Part shown: piece after piece, positions 48,337 through 62,443 of the stretch
How the letters are laid out: every line of letters starts with the position of its first letter
How positions within the stretch are numbered: the first letter of the stretch is position 1
Source: Bdellovibrionota bacterium
GTDB lineage: Bacteria; Bdellovibrionota_C; UBA2361; JBGSMV01
NCBI GenBank assembly: GCA_044356455.1
Contig: JBIKWF010000008.1
Coordinates: 1-64,000 of the forward strand
Reading direction: 5' to 3'
DNA length: 64,000 nt
Position numbers and translations under genes: made by a program
Notes under the pieces: model-generated
Seen by the model: only the letters and a program-made list of their open reading frames with translations
Database searches by the model: none
What the model was told of the DNA's origin: nothing

Positions 48337-49359
48337 CTAAGAGTTGCCGTCTTCCACTGGTTGATCCACCGGTTTGGCAGAGGAAGCTCCTTGAGAAAGG
48401 AAGTACTCAACTGCGGCGCAGGCCCAGGCGTTAAATCTGTCCTTCTCAGGGCCAAGGGCAATTGAATGCGCCGATCCTCCAAAGCGACAGACTTCAATGG
48501 CGCGGGAAGAGAGAGAGTCTTTGATGATATCAGAGCTGCGTGGCAGAGCGGAACGATCATGCACTCCATGCGCCAGAAAAACGGGGGGAGTAAAGGCCCC
48601 GGAGGCCACAAGCTTACGTGCATCCACCCGTAACTGCTCGATACCAAGAATTGCCCCGCGCGCGATAACAGGTATCCTAGGCCTTAGGTCCCATTCTGTG
48701 GTCCGGTATTGGGGCGGCACAGGTGTCGGCCCAAAACTAAGCTCCTCGAGGACGAATTCATCCAACTCTGGTCCCTTTAGCTTTCTCGCCTTGCGAGCAA
48801 CATTCCACTGGTAGAGGGCCCTTAGAGTGCTAGCTCCTTTGAGATAGGCCCCTTCAGTGATTACCCCGGCAACGGGCCTAAACGAGAAGCGCTGAGCGAG
48901 TTGAAGCGCTACCAAAGCCCCTATTGAGAAACCTCCGAAAATAAGAGGTGTCGTCTCTGGTAGCCCGAAGATCGCTTCCTGCACTGCATTAACTGCCTTG
49001 TTCATTACGTTATGTGCGGAAAACTGGGCGGGCACCCTCATTTTCTCATCATGTCCCCACAAGCTGGTCAGGGACACATGAAGAGAGCGGTCGTGTAGTA
49101 GGGCGCCCAAATGCCGATAATGATAGGGACCACATTCTCGAAAGCCGCCAATCAGGATTACTGCGGCACGCGCGCGAGAGGGCTCGCATGGAAGTACGAG
49201 ATCCGAGATCCACTCTGCTTGAGATAGCCCCCGATTCGAAGATAGGTCCTCTAAGGGCATCGAGAGCACGGGCGCTGCGGAGGAAGCCTCTCTATGAACT
49301 CCATCTCCACGGGCAGATGGACTTGAAAGAGGGGACGAATGAGGAGACGAACCTGCCAT
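48337..49359 (-). CDS. Alpha/beta hydrolase (carboxylesterase-like)
   Basis: GFSIG nucleophile elbow, HG.HD, SAH. Confidence 0.8.
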   Translation of the reverse strand: MAGSSPHSSPLSSPSARGDGVHREASSAAPVLSMPLEDLSSNRGLSQAEWISDLVLPCEPSRARAAVILIGGFRECGPYHYRHLGALLHDRSLHVSLTSLWGHDEKMRVPAQFSAHNVMNKAVNAVQEAIFGLPETTPLIFGGFSIGALVALQLAQRFSFRPVAGVITEGAYLKGASTLRALYQWNVARKARKLKGPELDEFVLEELSFGPTPVPPQYRTTEWDLRPRIPVIARGAILGIEQLRVDARKLVASGAFTPPVFLAHGVHDRSALPRSSDIIKDSLSSRAIEVCRFGGSAHSIALGPEKDRFNAWACAAVEYFLSQGASSAKPVDQPVEDGNS

Positions 49360-49524
49360 AATTCAAACAGCATTGGCGCGGGTAAGAGGCCGGAGAGATT
49401 AGCGCAGGCCTGAGCCTCCATCAATCTATTCCCCTAAGTAGCTGGAAAGATATGAACTAAACCCCGCTCGAACGATGGGTGATGCATGAGAGACTCCTTT
49501 TGAAGTGGATACTCTCGCTCAAGT

Positions 49525-50001
49525 ATGTTGATATCTTTGTCGAAACAAGGACGGATGGGATTTAGAAAGCCGACATTAGCTTCTGTGGTTCTCGCGATGC
49601 TTTGGCTGCTTTGTGCCATCCATTGCACTGTCGATAAGGCATCTGCCCATTGGCACATCGGAGGTCCCGCTGAATCACCGGTTCATCATCATTCACCGAT
49701 CGGTCAGGAAACCTCCGAGAATGGATGTCCCCAACATGATAGTTCTCTTGACTCCAAGGGCGAGGAGTGCTGCTCAATCCAGGCCAGACTAATCTCTTTG
49801 CATGCCTTCTAGAGGGAATCCTTACATCCGCGCCTGATGGCTTCAGCCCTGGGGCTTATTTTTTCTCATGCGAAAATTTTTCTTCTGCATGACGAAAGAG
49901 GCCCTAGTCCGCAACCTGAGGCAGCTTTACGTCAATTCACTTTTCTTTCCGAACATCTTCGTGCCGCTTGCGCTCCTAATGCCCCGCCTTCAAACGTTTA
50001 G
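49525..50001 (+). pseudogene. CzcI/DUF2946-like His/Cys-rich leader protein interrupted by in-frame TAG (49810-49812)
   Basis: Frame continues 62 codons past the TAG to ...AACAPNAPPSNV-stop; N-terminal hydrophobic helix, HHH, CC. Confidence 0.65.
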
Positions 50002-50142
50002 TCGCTGGGGCAGACGTCATCGCAGGTCCCTTGGAGTGAGTCCGGTAGAAATATAGCTTGCCGTTTCGGACCGACTTCTCGACTCCCAATTTCATGTTCG
50101 TAGTGCTCAATTTCATCGCACCGTTCATCGGAGCATGCTGTT

Positions 50143-51372
50143 ATGAACCAGTTTAAAAAAAGAATTGCATGTCTGCTTCTCGCGGGAGTAGGGCTATTTT
50201 CACCTTTGCTCGTAGTGGCAGAGAGTCAAACAACCACCTTGGAGGAGCTACTTGCCCGAGCCTTGGACGAAAGTCCGCTCGTCAAGAGGATTGCAGCTCA
50301 CACGACTCAAAGTCGGGCTCTCGGCATTGAAACTTCCACTCTTGAAAACCCAACGCTCGATTCTGAGATCCGATTCCCTACCTCTCGAGGGGATTCAAAG
50401 GGGCAAAATGAAATAGCACTCGCCTTGTCTCAGCCCATGCGAGTCAGTGACTTTGGCACGCGAGCCCGCATTAACGAGCTTATCCAAAGCGCAGCTTCGC
50501 AGGATGAAAGAGCCGAGCTACTCGCATTTTCGCAGCGATTTCGTCTTGCCTACGTAAAGTCGTGGTCTCTTTCGCAAAGAGCAGATGAGATGCAGGGCTC
50601 TCTTGCGAGAATCTCAAAGATCGAAAAGCACGTAAATGCTGCCGCTCAGGGTGGCTTCATTCTACCAAGCGAAAGGGCACTTTTTAAAGCAGAAGCATTG
50701 AAGGCGCGCTATCAGCTAAGGGCCCTGAGTGCCGACCTAATCCGAGCGCGAGCTGAGCTTGCAAAACTCGCAGGCTTCGCAGTGGGAGAAAAGTTGACGC
50801 CTCCAACCTTTGCCGTTCTCCCTAGTGAGGCAGAGTTGCTTGAAAGAGAGGAGCGCCTCCCCGCACAAACCCGCGCTAAACTGGCATTGCAGCTAGCCAC
50901 TGAGCAGATGAAGCGAGCCGAGCTCGATGCCTACCCATAATTCGCTCCACGAATCGTATACGAGCGCAATAACGATGCTTCCGAGTACGTGGGCTTTGGA
51001 ATCTCATTTGATCTTCCCGTCTTCAATCGAAATCAGTCGGAAAGGAGCGTGCATACGTCCGAAGTGGTAGCAGCTCGAAGTCTAGATAACTACTTCTCGG
51101 GCGAAGCCTTTGTGAGCGAGGTCAAAGCGCTTCGCTCTCATATAGAGGTTTCTATGCAGCTGCTCTCCGGGTACCAAAAAGAAATTGTCCCCGCTTTGCG
51201 CGAAGCAGTAGCAGAAGAAGAACGCCTTTTCTCTGAGGGACAAGGAAACTTTTTCCGCATGTGGCAAAGCCTCCGTGAGCTCACGGAGGCACAGAATGAA
51301 GTGGCGGAGAGGATGGTGAGAACTTCCGCTGACCGCGCTGAACTTTCTTTGCTGATAGGGGCAGACCTTTAA
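50143..51372 (+). pseudogene. czcC: CzcC/TolC-family outer-membrane factor interrupted by in-frame TAA (50938-50940)
   Basis: Two ORFs in the same frame joined by FAPRIVYERNNDASEY; ISFDLPVFNRNQ motif. Confidence 0.85.
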
Positions 51373-51383
51373 GGACAATAGCT

Positions 51384-52643
51384 ATGAAAAAGTCATTCTT
51401 TCTTATCATATTTCTTGCGAGCTTTATGACGTGGCTTGAAACTCCGGCCTTTGGGGGAGGCGGGCATGACCATGACCATGACCACGGCCACGGGCATGAG
51501 TCTCATGAAGAAGAGCCGCCGAAGAGACCCCATGGAGGACGGCTACTTGCAAAAGATGATTTTGCTCTCGAGATCACTATCTTTGAGAAGGGTGTGCCGC
51601 CGCAGTATCGTCTATATCCTTACAAAAATGGTGAACCGATTGATGCTTCCGAAGTATCAGTGGGTATCTCGCTTACGAGATTTGGCGGAAAGAAGGATGA
51701 ATATAACCTAACCGCAAAAGCCGAGTATCTTACCTCTGAAAAAGTTGTTGAAGAGCCACACTCCTTTGACGTGAGTGTTACCGCCACATGGAGAGGCAAT
51801 GCCTATACGTGGGACTATGAGTCTTACGAAGGACGAACCGAATTGAGCGATGAAGCACTCAAGGTTGCACGCATCACAATTGATACGGCAGGACCGCAAC
51901 TTATCAGTCAAGTAACCAATGTCTATGGCAGGCTGGTTCCGAATCAGGATCGGGTGGCGCATATTCGCCCCCGCTTTTCGGGAGTAGTTCGGGAGATTCG
52001 AAAGGAGTTGGGAGACAAGGTCGAAAAGGGGGAAGTCCTCGCAATTATTGAGAGCAATCAGTCGCTTCAGCCTTATGAGATCCGTAGCCAGATAAGGGGG
52101 GAAATAATCGCTAGGCACGCGACATTAGGAGAGTTCGTAACAGACGAGAAAGAAGTTTTTGTAGTCGCAGATCTCTCAGAAGTCTGGGCGGACTTTCAAG
52201 TGTACCGTGATGACTCGGACAACATTGAGCGAGGCCAACCTATCAAGGTTGACTTGGGTGAAGATGCCTCATTCGATGCAAAGGTTACCTATGTGGCCCC
52301 GCTCACTGACGAGGTGACCCAGTCAAAGCTTGTGCGCGCGGTAATCTCGAACCCGAGTGGACGGTTACGTCCAGGCCTATTCATCTCAGGCTCTCTTTCA
52401 AGCAACGAAAAATCTGCGGCGCTCGCAGTAAGGCGTGAGGCTATCCAGAGCTTTCGTGACTGGAGCGTCGTGTATCTCACCGATGGGAAGGTGTTTCAAG
52501 CCATGCCAGTAGAGCTTGGTCGGAAGGACTCTTCCTATGTCGAAGTTCTCTCAGGGCTCGAGGCGGGAGACCGCTACGTTTCGCATAATAGTTTCATTAT
52601 CAAAGCTGATATCGAGAAGTCAGGGGCAAGCCACGACCACTAA
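51384..52643 (+). CDS. czcB: CzcB/CusB periplasmic adaptor
   Basis: His-rich N-terminus, EPHSF, ADLSEVW, LRPGLF, C-terminal KSGASHDH. Confidence 0.9.
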   Translation: MKKSFFLIIFLASFMTWLETPAFGGGGHDHDHDHGHGHESHEEEPPKRPHGGRLLAKDDFALEITIFEKGVPPQYRLYPYKNGEPIDASEVSVGISLTRFGGKKDEYNLTAKAEYLTSEKVVEEPHSFDVSVTATWRGNAYTWDYESYEGRTELSDEALKVARITIDTAGPQLISQVTNVYGRLVPNQDRVAHIRPRFSGVVREIRKELGDKVEKGEVLAIIESNQSLQPYEIRSQIRGEIIARHATLGEFVTDEKEVFVVADLSEVWADFQVYRDDSDNIERGQPIKVDLGEDASFDAKVTYVAPLTDEVTQSKLVRAVISNPSGRLRPGLFISGSLSSNEKSAALAVRREAIQSFRDWSVVYLTDGKVFQAMPVELGRKDSSYVEVLSGLEAGDRYVSHNSFIIKADIEKSGASHDH

Positions 52644-52658
52644 CTAGAAGCGAAATAG

Positions 52659-56199
<3,541 letters not shown>

Positions 56200-56201
56200 A
56201 G

Positions 56202-56498
56202 CTAGTCTCCGAAGGCAATGGTACTGCGGCGAGTATAGAGTCCAAACAGAATAGAGAAATATTCAACATCCAGGTGATTGATGGTCTTAATTCCACCATT
56301 CTCCGCAGCGGCGCGTGTGCCAGAATCGCCCCACGCTACAAGCCAGGCTACAGAGTACGAGCTCGACTTGCCTTCCTTAGTGCCAAGTACTGTCTGGGAG
56401 ACGTCGGTATCAAGCGTATCGCGAATATTGAGGTAGGCGCAGCCTGGAGCAAGCGTAGCAACAAGCGCAATCAGCGAGAGGCGTTTAAAAAGTTTCAT
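56202..56498 (-). CDS. TRL-like family lipoprotein
   Basis: APG-C, LVAWGDSG..AA..GGI..I.H.D, SILFG; AAGGAG RBS before ATG 56498. Confidence 0.8.
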   Translation of the reverse strand: MKLFKRLSLIALVATLAPGCAYLNIRDTLDTDVSQTVLGTKEGKSSSYSVAWLVAWGDSGTRAAAENGGIKTINHLDVEYFSILFGLYTRRSTIAFGD

Positions 56499-56674
56499 CG
56501 AGAGAAGCTCCTTAATGAGCAAGTGCATTAGACGTGCCGGCACTTAGCCGTGCTGGCCTGCCAAGTAGCCTAATTCAGTACGCAGGTTCACGATAGAGAA
56601 TAGTTGCCTGCGATCTTTCGCGGTCCTGGGGAGCGCTGCCCCTGGGGGAAAGGAGAAGAAGACTTTAAGGTTCT

Positions 56675-57406
56675 TCAGAGGTCGGGAAGTAGCCAATCAA
56701 TTGGCTTCTCGCCATGTTCAAGTAAGTACTGATTCGCCCTAGAGAAATGTTTGCATCCAAAAAATCCGCTGTGCGCCGAGAAAGGAGAGGGGTGGGCGGC
56801 CGAGACAACGAGGTGTTTCTTGTTATCAATGAAACTGCCCTTCTTTTGGGCATAGGCGCCCCAAAGCATGAAAACAAGATGCTCCTTTCTTTCATTGAGC
56901 TCGCGTATTACGCGGTCGGTAAAAGTCTCCCAGCCCTTATTTGCATGCGACCCAGGGTTCCCCGCTTCCACGGTGAGGACAGAATTGAGCAGGAGGACTC
57001 CTTGCCGTGCCCAGGACTCTAGGCAGCCATGCTTAGGAATGGGGAGAGACAGATCTGCGTTAAGTTCTTTAAAAATATTAACCAAAGAGGGAGGAGGTTT
57101 CACGCCTTTCTGCACTGAAAAACAAAGCCCGTGAGCTTGTCCAGGTCCATGGTATGGGTCTTGTCCAAGAAGCACGACTCGAGCTTCAGAGAAGGGAGTA
57201 AAACTCAAAGCATTAAAGATGTCTGAGTTCTTAGGATACACAGTCTTGCCGCTCGCGCGAGCATCTTCAACCATTGCGAGCAATTGCAGGAAATAAGGTT
57301 TCTCGCGTTCCCCCGCAAGCACTTCCTTCCAGCTTACGCTTGCTGCGCTGCGCTCTGGGATGTGGGGCGCCGGTTCATGTAGTGCGGTTTCTTCTTGCAT
57401 CGGCAT
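56675..57406 (-). CDS. ung: Uracil-DNA glycosylase (family 1)
   Basis: GQDPYH, PPSL.NI, GVLLLN, HPSP. Confidence 0.97.
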   Translation of the reverse strand: MPMQEETALHEPAPHIPERSAASVSWKEVLAGEREKPYFLQLLAMVEDARASGKTVYPKNSDIFNALSFTPFSEARVVLLGQDPYHGPGQAHGLCFSVQKGVKPPPSLVNIFKELNADLSLPIPKHGCLESWARQGVLLLNSVLTVEAGNPGSHANKGWETFTDRVIRELNERKEHLVFMLWGAYAQKKGSFIDNKKHLVVSAAHPSPFSAHSGFFGCKHFSRANQYLLEHGEKPIDWLLPDL

Positions 57407-57435
57407 GGGTAAAAATCTCCCAAGAGAGATTCACT

Positions 57436-58371
57436 TTAATAGGGTTTAGCCTCTTCAATTTCTTGGCACATATGGCAGTAAGACTCGTAGCGCGAGAGTG
57501 CCATTCCGCCGTCTTTAATCGCATGTTTTGTTGCATCTCGGACCGCGCAGCGCCTTTCTGCTATGTGGGCGCAGTCAGAAAACTCGCAGCGTCCCTGTAA
57601 CCTTAGAATTTCTGGAAAGGCTTCGGCAACTTCAAGCCGAGTAAGATGTTCGACACCGAATTGCTGAATCCCGGGAAGATCAACTACTACAAGATCCTGC
57701 ATGCCCGTGCGCGGGAGGATAAAGCCAGATGCTTGCGAGGTCGTTTGTTTCCCTTGACCGGTACGTACACTCACTTCAGCGGTAGCCCGGGAAGCTTCCG
57801 GGATAAGTTTATTAATAAGTGTGCTTTTCCCTACGCCCGAAAGCCCACAAAGTGCGACCGTAGAGAGGGAAGCATCATTTAGTTTTTGCCGAAGTTCTTC
57901 TAGCCCAGGTCCAAACTTGGCGGCGGTGCGAAGCACCTGCACGCCTATCTTTTCATAGGCTGCAATCGCTTCTTCACAGGTAGTAAGTCCAAGGTCGGTT
58001 TTATTGATAATCAGAGCCCAAGGGATTGCTTGGCTATGGGCAACTACGCACATTCGGTCGATAGAGAGGGTATTAAGAAGAGGAGGGACCGCGCTCACGA
58101 TGAGCAGCAAGTCCACGTTGGCAACAATTGCCTTGGTATCTCCCCGATAGGAACGCGAAAGTGTATTTTTGCGTGGGTGGGCAGAGGAGACAAAAACCTG
58201 ACCCCCTTCCTCATGAAACTCCACTCGGTCCCCCACTAGTAGGCTGAGGCTACGAGATGCAATGGTTCCCGCCCTACCTGGCTGCCCAGCATGTGAGATA
58301 GTTGCGTGTCTTCGCGAGGTGTTAAGAACAACGCCATGACCAGTTGAGGGTGAGTTACTCATGAGGAGCAC
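57436..58371 (-). CDS. rsgA: Ribosome small subunit-dependent GTPase A
   Basis: Circularly permuted NKTD, GLSGVGKS, DLPG; C.FSDC.H....CAV zinc site. Confidence 0.95.
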   Translation of the reverse strand: MLLMSNSPSTGHGVVLNTSRRHATISHAGQPGRAGTIASRSLSLLVGDRVEFHEEGGQVFVSSAHPRKNTLSRSYRGDTKAIVANVDLLLIVSAVPPLLNTLSIDRMCVVAHSQAIPWALIINKTDLGLTTCEEAIAAYEKIGVQVLRTAAKFGPGLEELRQKLNDASLSTVALCGLSGVGKSTLINKLIPEASRATAEVSVRTGQGKQTTSQASGFILPRTGMQDLVVVDLPGIQQFGVEHLTRLEVAEAFPEILRLQGRCEFSDCAHIAERRCAVRDATKHAIKDGGMALSRYESYCHMCQEIEEAKPY

Positions 58372-58407
58372 TACTCATTGGAAGCACTGCGTTGAGGAAC
58401 ATTCATT

Positions 58408-58893
58408 TCAAGGCCTGCCAAACAGGAGCGAGAGGTTCTTGCCAGTTTCCGGGGCGCCGGCCCCCCTCTCGGATGCTCCCTCAAAATAGCTCTTCAATTC
58501 AAGCATCAGTCGAAGAGCCTCTTTGCCAACTGCTGACCAGTCAATCGTGCTGCCATATTCAGAAATAATAAAGCTCGTGAAGGTAAAAACTATCGGCGCA
58601 ATAAGGGCAGGAAGAATCCCTTCGCACTCGATACCCGGCAGCACCTTCACAATTATCCAAAAGATTGCGCCGTTTGTAAGAAGCAGGGTAAGGGCCTTGG
58701 AGCTTAAGGTATCGGGGACCTTAAAGAACAGAGCCGTATCCCATATATGAGCATTCACGAACGCAAGAGCGAGGACTGTGAGAAAAGCCGGAATGGGACC
58801 GTCTACCCTAAGCTTGGGGATCAATAATGCAGTCACCAACATGGCGAAGGTCTGAAGCAGCCAATAGCTAAGATTAACGGGAAGTCCTGACAT
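58408..58893 (-). CDS. YvlD/phage-holin-4-like membrane protein
   Basis: Four TM segments; LIP.LRVDG, NGAIFW, PGI motifs. Confidence 0.7.
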   Translation of the reverse strand: MSGLPVNLSYWLLQTFAMLVTALLIPKLRVDGPIPAFLTVLALAFVNAHIWDTALFFKVPDTLSSKALTLLLTNGAIFWIIVKVLPGIECEGILPALIAPIVFTFTSFIISEYGSTIDWSAVGKEALRLMLELKSYFEGASERGAGAPETGKNLSLLFGRP

Positions 58894-59031
58894 AGAGCCT
58901 TATTCTGGTACGGGGAAAGAGAGCTGAAAAGAGGCTCTTGATAGAGAATGCGGCTCCCCTGCTAAAAACTGCCCATCATTGGCCGATGGGAGGTGTTTGC
59001 TCAGGCCCGCGATGTATGGGATTAGTATAGC

Positions 59032-59736
59032 ATGCGATTTGGTTCACATCGTCGAGTTAGGTCTTCTCAAGTAACCAGCAATGAGGCTGCCTCAAAAGAC
59101 GCGCCTTCTTTGGGAAGCTCAGCCCTTGTGGCCCCCCCCGATAGCGGGGCTTCATCTCAATCTCAGCGGGCAGTGCATGGTGAATTGAAGGGCCATGGTG
59201 AATTGAAAGGCCGGGCGAAATCGGGGGCCAGTGGAATGAGCTTGCTCCGGCGTAGTTTGGCTCCTTGGGCAGGGATTAGTGCCCAGCTATCGAGATTTCT
59301 TGAAAAAATATCTGCTCCTTTCTTTGGAGCCAAATTTCCTGAAGCTCGCCAGGCCCAAACGCCTCAGGCGCCTGGTAGTTCGCAATCTACGCAGCCCTTG
59401 AACAGACGTGCGCGCATTCTGGCGCGGGTAAGGTCGGTGTTGTTCACGGCGCTTTGGTTTATGCCTGGCGCGTTTTTTATAGCAATTGGGTTAAGTGTGG
59501 CCTTTGCTCCTCAGCTTCTCATGAGTGCAGTTGCAGGATTCTGCGTATTTTTCGGTTTCGCGTCCTTTGGATTGGCTTGGAAGTTTATCCAGCTCAAGAA
59601 CAGAGTAGAGAAAGTTGCGCAGTCTTTTGAGACGCGAATTATGGTGCAGGCCATTCCTCATGGAAAGCTTGCAGATCCAGAGGAGCGTGTTCAGGATTTG
59701 GGAACAGTTCAAACTAAGAAAATCCTCTTTCATTAG
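59032..59736 (+). CDS. Hypothetical membrane protein
   Basis: Low-complexity N-terminus, two TM helices. Confidence 0.6.
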   Translation: MRFGSHRRVRSSQVTSNEAASKDAPSLGSSALVAPPDSGASSQSQRAVHGELKGHGELKGRAKSGASGMSLLRRSLAPWAGISAQLSRFLEKISAPFFGAKFPEARQAQTPQAPGSSQSTQPLNRRARILARVRSVLFTALWFMPGAFFIAIGLSVAFAPQLLMSAVAGFCVFFGFASFGLAWKFIQLKNRVEKVAQSFETRIMVQAIPHGKLADPEERVQDLGTVQTKKILFH

Positions 59737-59930
59737 TGAGTCCAGGGAAGGCATCGACTCGCCGCGCGCCTTGCGAGGCTCACTCTATCGGGATGCAAAC
59801 TTTCGATTTGGAATGAATATATTCTCCCGCGATGCCCTCTCTTGTGCGGCAAAGAAGTTTCGAAGGCACGCAGCTTGCTGAAAAAAGCCACTCCGTGGTG
59901 AGAAATTGAGAGGTGGGAGGGGAGCAAGAC

Positions 59931-61742
59931 CTACTCAAGCAACTGAAGCGCCAAAGCCGGAGCCTGATTCGCTTGTGCGAGAATCGCCGTTGCAATCTCC
60001 TTGAGCGTTCTCGTTTGAACCAATGCCGCGCTTTCGTTTGCGATATCAATATTCGTGATTCTTGCAGACGCCGCATCATAGTTCTCTTTTGAGGAGCTTA
60101 GGGTGTTCAGAGCTACTGCAAGCCGGCTCTGGGTACTTCCTATAGCACCAAGCTCTTTAGATACTCTCGCAAGCGTCGCATCAATCACCGATAACGAACC
60201 TAGCGCTTCTGCGCGCGTCGTAAGATTGAGGCGCTGCATCGAGGTTACTTGCTCGCTGTTAGCAAGCCCGATTCTAAAGCCCGAGCTTGCGTTAGTAGAG
60301 ACGAGGTAGTCGGCGGTGCCATCTCCGTTGAAATCACCAATCGAGAGATTACTTGCGAATGGAAGGACAACAGTTCCAAAAGTATTCGAAGCGCCAAATG
60401 TCCCATCCGCTGAGCCGTACCTGCCCTGCATCGTGCCATTTGCATTCACGAGAATGTCTGAGACTCCGTCTGCGTTGAGGTCAGCCACCTTGAGCGTATA
60501 TATAAAGCCACCGAAGGCTATCGAAGCTGCGTCCGCGAAGGTTCCGTCCCCCCGCCCCAAGTTTACCAAAGCGTTCGAACCTGAAGTGCCAATCGAATCA
60601 AGAATTCCGTCGCGGTTAAAATCGGCGAGCTGCCGAGAGGAGGTCAATCCTGACGCTATCCCCGAACCAAAGGTGCCATTGCCCGAACCAAAGTAGCTTT
60701 TCAATCCAGTAAGAATATCTATGCTCCCATTTCCGTCTAAATCTCCCAGCAGAGCAGCGCTGCCCCCAGTTCCTGAGATAGTTTGCGTCGGGGTGGATGA
60801 GAAAGACCCTGAGGCCGAGGCAAGGTGCACCGTATGAGCTCCGGAGGCTCCGACTAACAAGTCCGTTCGCCCATCATTGTTCAAATCCGCGGCCGCAAGA
60901 CTGGAAATACCCGAAAATCCGCCGACCGCAGAGGTCCCAAAGCTCCCAGTTCCTAAATTGGTATAGATGACGACAGAAACCGAGGTCACGTCTTGAGCTG
61001 CGATATCTATCCGACCATCCCCATTAAAGTCGCCAATAACGACTTGTGCAGAAGCAGCAGTGGAGCCTTGGGCCTGAGAAGTAAAAGTGCCGTTACTGTT
61101 ACCGAAATAGGTAACAATATTCCCCAACTCAGATGTGACAACGTCCATAATGCCGTCGCCATTAAAATCAGCTTCAACCTGAGAATTTACAAAATTGGCG
61201 CCACCTAAGTTGCTGCTCACAAAGGTTCCGTTCCCGGCAGTCCGGTCCAACTCAGTTCCAAGCCCGAATCCAATTGAGCCTGAAGTCCCCAGTCCTAGTT
61301 GTAGTCTCAACTCGCGCAGATCTCCGTCGAGAAGATTAATTCCGTTGTACGTCACACTGCTGAAGATCCGGTTGTACTCTTCAGTAAGCGCAGCCGCTTC
61401 TTTGTCCGATGATATCCTCTGAGTTCTGGAAAACGACCCGTTAGATGCTCCTATCGCAAGCTCTCTTAGCCGAAGAAGAATTCCCGATCCGCTCGTGAGC
61501 GCGCCCTCGGCAATAGAAAGTGCACTGATACCGTCGTTCGCATTTCTAATCGCCTGCGAGAAAATGCGGCTACTTACGTTAAGCTGGGAAGATACGGAGA
61601 GCCCCGCTGCATCGTCTGAAGCTCGGTTGATACGCATGCCGGAGGCCAGCCGCTCGAAGCTCAGCGACTCCGCCGACGTGGCTCGGTTCAACTGGCGCTG
61701 CGCCAGAAGAGAGGAAATGTTCGAACCAATTGAAATTGGCAT
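59931..61742 (-). CDS. fliC: Flagellin with seven FG-GAP/VCBS repeats in the variable region
   Basis: ERLASGMRINRASDDAAGL, AIRNANDGIS; LGAIGSTQSRL, ARITNIDIA.E, ILAQANQ...LQLL; 7 DxxxDG..D-type repeats between. Confidence 0.93.
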   Translation of the reverse strand: MPISIGSNISSLLAQRQLNRATSAESLSFERLASGMRINRASDDAAGLSVSSQLNVSSRIFSQAIRNANDGISALSIAEGALTSGSGILLRLRELAIGASNGSFSRTQRISSDKEAAALTEEYNRIFSSVTYNGINLLDGDLRELRLQLGLGTSGSIGFGLGTELDRTAGNGTFVSSNLGGANFVNSQVEADFNGDGIMDVVTSELGNIVTYFGNSNGTFTSQAQGSTAASAQVVIGDFNGDGRIDIAAQDVTSVSVVIYTNLGTGSFGTSAVGGFSGISSLAAADLNNDGRTDLLVGASGAHTVHLASASGSFSSTPTQTISGTGGSAALLGDLDGNGSIDILTGLKSYFGSGNGTFGSGIASGLTSSRQLADFNRDGILDSIGTSGSNALVNLGRGDGTFADAASIAFGGFIYTLKVADLNADGVSDILVNANGTMQGRYGSADGTFGASNTFGTVVLPFASNLSIGDFNGDGTADYLVSTNASSGFRIGLANSEQVTSMQRLNLTTRAEALGSLSVIDATLARVSKELGAIGSTQSRLAVALNTLSSSKENYDAASARITNIDIANESAALVQTRTLKEIATAILAQANQAPALALQLLE

Positions 61743-61787
61743 GACGGCAAAAAACAGAACTTAAATTAAAAGTTTCCTACCTTGGTA

Positions 61788-61814
61788 AGTTCGGCATCTC
61801 AGCAAAACTTTTAA
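61788..61814 (-). promoter_or_regulatory. Sigma28-like promoter of flagellin
   Basis: T-TAAA-N14-GCCGAACT versus consensus TAAA-N15-GCCGATAA. Confidence 0.5.
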
Positions 61815-62443
61815 TGATCTGGGCCATTTAAGAATGCCAACAAAACAAGTTACTCTTGGACTCATGACGAGGGCCCGCGCGTGCTAAGGCAGCTAAGCAG
61901 CTAGATTTATATGCAAAGTCATCACCTCGGGCGCAATGAAAACCAAAATCCTTAAGAAGTCTTCCTACTTCGAACGGATCTCCGCGGTATCTGACCAAAC
62001 ATTTTTCGCGGTGTTTCGATCGGGCAGCGCCCCAGGAGTCCTACCCTGCTCCGGAGCGGGTAAAGTTCCTAATTTTTGAATTCAATTGGTCGAGAGCCGC
62101 AAGTCGGTGCTCAGGCCCCCATGGCCACAAAAGATGGGTCTGCCTGGAGCCCTCTCCTTGCAATGAATAACTTCTCTGGGTTTCCCAGCGAGACCCTTGC
62201 GCTCCCTTGACGTCGAGATAGAACCTATCGATCTGCCTTGAGTACGGTCTTCGGCGTTCCCTCTTTTCAAAGACTTCTACATTTCCTTGGCACGCATTTT
62301 GCTCAGCCTCCTTAACGGGTGGTGAGAAAATGAAAGGTCACTGAAGTGCGCTAAACGCTTGAAGTGGTACGAGTTTAACTGAGTACCTCCTTGCATAGCA
62401 CGAGGGCATCACAGCGACCTCATAGTCTCACTGAGAGGTTAGC

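Noticed and set aside
49868..50056. 62-aa ORF upstream of czcC
   Set aside because: The alternative frame continuing the 49525 ORF to APNAPP explains the region better
49810..50940. Stop-codon reassignment explaining the czc in-frame stops
   Set aside because: Two different stops are involved, and TAA and TAG terminate conserved genes normally elsewhere in the window
58408..58893. Prophage suggested by holin-like gene
   Set aside because: Family is common in chromosomes; it sits upstream of rsgA-ung with no phage genes
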